Assembly: GCA_050012475.1 (NCBI GenBank)
Contig: JBEKHC010000098.1
Coordinates: forward strand, 1 to 18,000
Source: Candidatus Velthaea sp.
GTDB taxonomy: Bacteria; Vulcanimicrobiota; Vulcanimicrobiia; Vulcanimicrobiales; Vulcanimicrobiaceae
DNA length: 18,000 bases
Direction of reading: 5' to 3'
Below, in pieces: positions 16,074 to 18,000 of the stretch; within the stretch, counting starts at the first letter, position 1; the number at the start of each line of letters is the position of its first letter. Made by a program: the position numbers and the translations under genes. Below the pieces are notes generated by a model. It had not been told where the DNA came from. It saw only the letters and a list, made by a program, of their open reading frames with translations, and did not search any database.

Positions 16074-17396
16074 ATGCGAACGTTTTTCCAAAGGTCCGTG
16101 GCGGCGTTTGCGGCGGGCACGATCGTTTCGATCGGTCCGGCTGCGAATGCCGCAATCCTTGCCCCATCCCGCGTCGCAAGCGCGGTCGACCTCACGTTGC
16201 CGGCGGCGGCAAATACTTCGGTTTCGTTTCAAACGCAGCGCAACGCGCGCTGCGTGCTCTCGGCTCCCGGCACGGCTGCGACGATGACCGTCTATGCTGA
16301 TGACCGCGGCGTCGTCTCGCTCCAGTTCACTCCCGAGCGCGCTGGCGCGGCGAATGGCGCCGTCACCGCGCAGTGCTCGGCGGCGGGTGTCGCAAACACG
16401 CAGCTCGTGCGTCTGCATGTCGTGCCGGGCGCTCTGCGGCAGAACGCAGTACGTCCGGCGCTGGGCGCGCAGCCGCTGGTGCCGCGCGGGCTCGATCCCG
16501 CGGCGCTCTCGAGTGCCGACATCAACCGACTGCAACTGCCGCCGCGGCCGGATGCCGCGCGCGATCCCGAAGCCTACGCGCAATGGAAGCGCGCCGTAAC
16601 GACGCCGGTCACGCGGGTCGGCGGAACGACGGTCTTACGTACCGACGTCATTCACGGACCGGTTCAGCGCGCGCGCGCCGCGAGCGCCGCGACGGCCGGC
16701 GTGACGAACGGTACCGGCTACTCGACGAACTGGAGCGGCGTCGTTGCGACCGGCCGCACGAATCAGTTCACGTATTGGGTCGCCGGAGAATGGTTCGTTC
16801 CCGCGGTGACGACCAACGCCGCCGAGAGCCCGGCGTATTCGTCGGTCTGGGACGGCATCGACGGTTGGGGCTCGGGCGACGTGATTCAAAACGGGACCGA
16901 GCAGGACGCGCTGTACCTTCCGTTCTTCGGTTCGCTGGCGTTCTATTCGGCCTGGTACGAGTTCTATCCCGACAACGGCTCGACCACGCTGCCGAACTTT
17001 ACGGTTGCGGCGGGTGACGAAATCTATGCCGTTTCCTGGCTGTGCTATAACGGCAGCGGTCAGCGTTTCGGCTGCTACTACATGGAAGATCTGACGCGCG
17101 GCGAAGCCAGCCCGACGTATTCGGAGCTGGGCGCGAAACCGAGCCTGTTCCAGGGCAATTCCGGCGAGTGGGTCACCGAGCGTCCGACCGTCGGCGGCAC
17201 GTTGCACCCGCTCCCGCACTTCAATAACTTCTCGTTCTGGTGGCAGCACGTCTACGACAGCGTCGCCGGCGGCGGACGCAATGCGTGCAACGAATCGTTC
17301 AGCACGATCACGATGTACAACGCCTTCGATTTCCTCGCCACGACGACGCCGACGGCCTGCGATGCGTCGACGTTCAGCTGGCTCAATTACCAATAG
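16074..17396 (+). CDS. Secreted glutamic endopeptidase, family G1 (eqolisin/peptidase A4 type), with pro-region
   Basis: AGGAG 8 nt before ATG 16074; signal peptide ending ANA|A; pro-motif LPPRPD; mature motifs STNWSG, EWFVP, VWDGIDG, IQNGTEQ (catalytic Gln), AWYEFYP, GDEI, EWVTERP (catalytic Glu). Confidence 0.9.
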   Translation: MRTFFQRSVAAFAAGTIVSIGPAANAAILAPSRVASAVDLTLPAAANTSVSFQTQRNARCVLSAPGTAATMTVYADDRGVVSLQFTPERAGAANGAVTAQCSAAGVANTQLVRLHVVPGALRQNAVRPALGAQPLVPRGLDPAALSSADINRLQLPPRPDAARDPEAYAQWKRAVTTPVTRVGGTTVLRTDVIHGPVQRARAASAATAGVTNGTGYSTNWSGVVATGRTNQFTYWVAGEWFVPAVTTNAAESPAYSSVWDGIDGWGSGDVIQNGTEQDALYLPFFGSLAFYSAWYEFYPDNGSTTLPNFTVAAGDEIYAVSWLCYNGSGQRFGCYYMEDLTRGEASPTYSELGAKPSLFQGNSGEWVTERPTVGGTLHPLPHFNNFSFWWQHVYDSVAGGGRNACNESFSTITMYNAFDFLATTTPTACDASTFSWLNYQ

Positions 17397-17430
17397 CTCC
17401 TGCCGCGCGACTCGCTTTTTGCGCGCCGCT

Positions 17431-18000
17431 TCAGCCAAGTTCTCGCAGCGCGCGCGCGATCGCCGCCGCGTCGTCGTCCCAGCGGCCGAATGCCCGCAGC
17501 GAGCCGTCGCGTCCAATGTAGTAGATCGTCGTGCTGTGGCCGACGGCGTAGCTTTCCCCCGTGCCCGCGTCGTGCACCGGTTGGCGCCACACATGATAGG
17601 CGGAATAAACGGAACGCAGCGCCGCCGAACTGCCGGTCAGCCCGACAAAATGCGGATCGAACAACCGCACGTAGCGTCCCAGCAGCGGCGCGGAATCGCG
17701 CGCCGGATCGACGGTGACGAACCCCACCCGAACGTCGCGCGCAACGTTGGGCAGGCGCACGGCTTGGGCCAGATGCGCGAGCGTCGTGGGACACGCGTCG
17801 GGGCAGTGCGTGTAACCGAAAAATAGCACGACCGGATGTCCGCGCTGCGCCGCCAGCGAGTACGGCCGAGCCTGTTCGGCGTACATCGAGAAACCCGGAT
17901 GAAACGTGTGCGCCAAGCCGAATTCGACGTAGCTATCGCGTTCGGGCTTGAGGTCGTAGGGCGGATTCGCATCGGCCGTCGTTTGGGTCACGATCGCGTC
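17431..18000 (-). CDS. SCO (Sco1/SenC) copper-chaperone domain, preceded in frame by a TonB-receptor-like segment; 5' end lies outside the window
   Basis: VVLFFGYTHCPDACPTTL (CxxxC at 17805-17791), VTVDPARD, FVGLTG, YAVGHS (Cu-ligand His). The frame stays open to position 18000. Residues upstream of ~17880 (YDLKPERDSYVEFG) do not look like SCO. Confidence 0.8.
   Translation of the reverse strand, partial: DAIVTQTTADANPPYDLKPERDSYVEFGLAHTFHPGFSMYAEQARPYSLAAQRGHPVVLFFGYTHCPDACPTTLAHLAQAVRLPNVARDVRVGFVTVDPARDSAPLLGRYVRLFDPHFVGLTGSSAALRSVYSAYHVWRQPVHDAGTGESYAVGHSTTIYYIGRDGSLRAFGRWDDDAAAIARALRELG

Noticed and set aside
15444..16583. 379-aa minus-strand ORF, including an internal MKTLIFALL start at 15957
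   Set aside because: Overlaps both the LuxR gene and the peptidase, has no clear RBS at the internal start and low-information composition. A short peptide cannot be fully excluded but is unsupported.

Overview
GC-rich, diderm bacterial DNA. The protein style (CGGG/CSGG lipoproteins carrying an 'R..P.YVSP' motif, Pro/Thr linkers) is reminiscent of Ca. Eremiobacterota/Vulcanimicrobiota; this is an unverified impression. The left 5.2 kb is an accessory surface-protein locus: a REP-like palindrome cluster, two tandem paralogous cassettes, then a clan-A glycoside hydrolase lipoprotein. Each cassette is [conserved structured 5' leader]-[small Pro/Thr-stalk lipoprotein ending in a PITV strand]-[~430-aa beta-rich lipoprotein]-[strong intrinsic terminator]. 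The rest holds an NMT1/THI5-type (probably pyrimidine) ABC transporter operon, a CHASE3-PP2C phosphatase, a DAGK-family kinase/YqeG phosphatase/aldo-keto reductase operon, a His/Cys-containing TonB-dependent receptor with a structured leader, a stand-alone LuxR HTH, a secreted G1 glutamic peptidase, and an SCO domain apparently fused in frame to a TonB-receptor fragment at the window edge. Best candidates for something new are (1) the duplicated ~100-nt leader with four compensatory base-pair changes (candidate undescribed cis-regulatory RNA) and (2) the lipoprotein pairs downstream of it, whose architecture suggests a type-V-pilus-like donor-strand anchor/tip display system.
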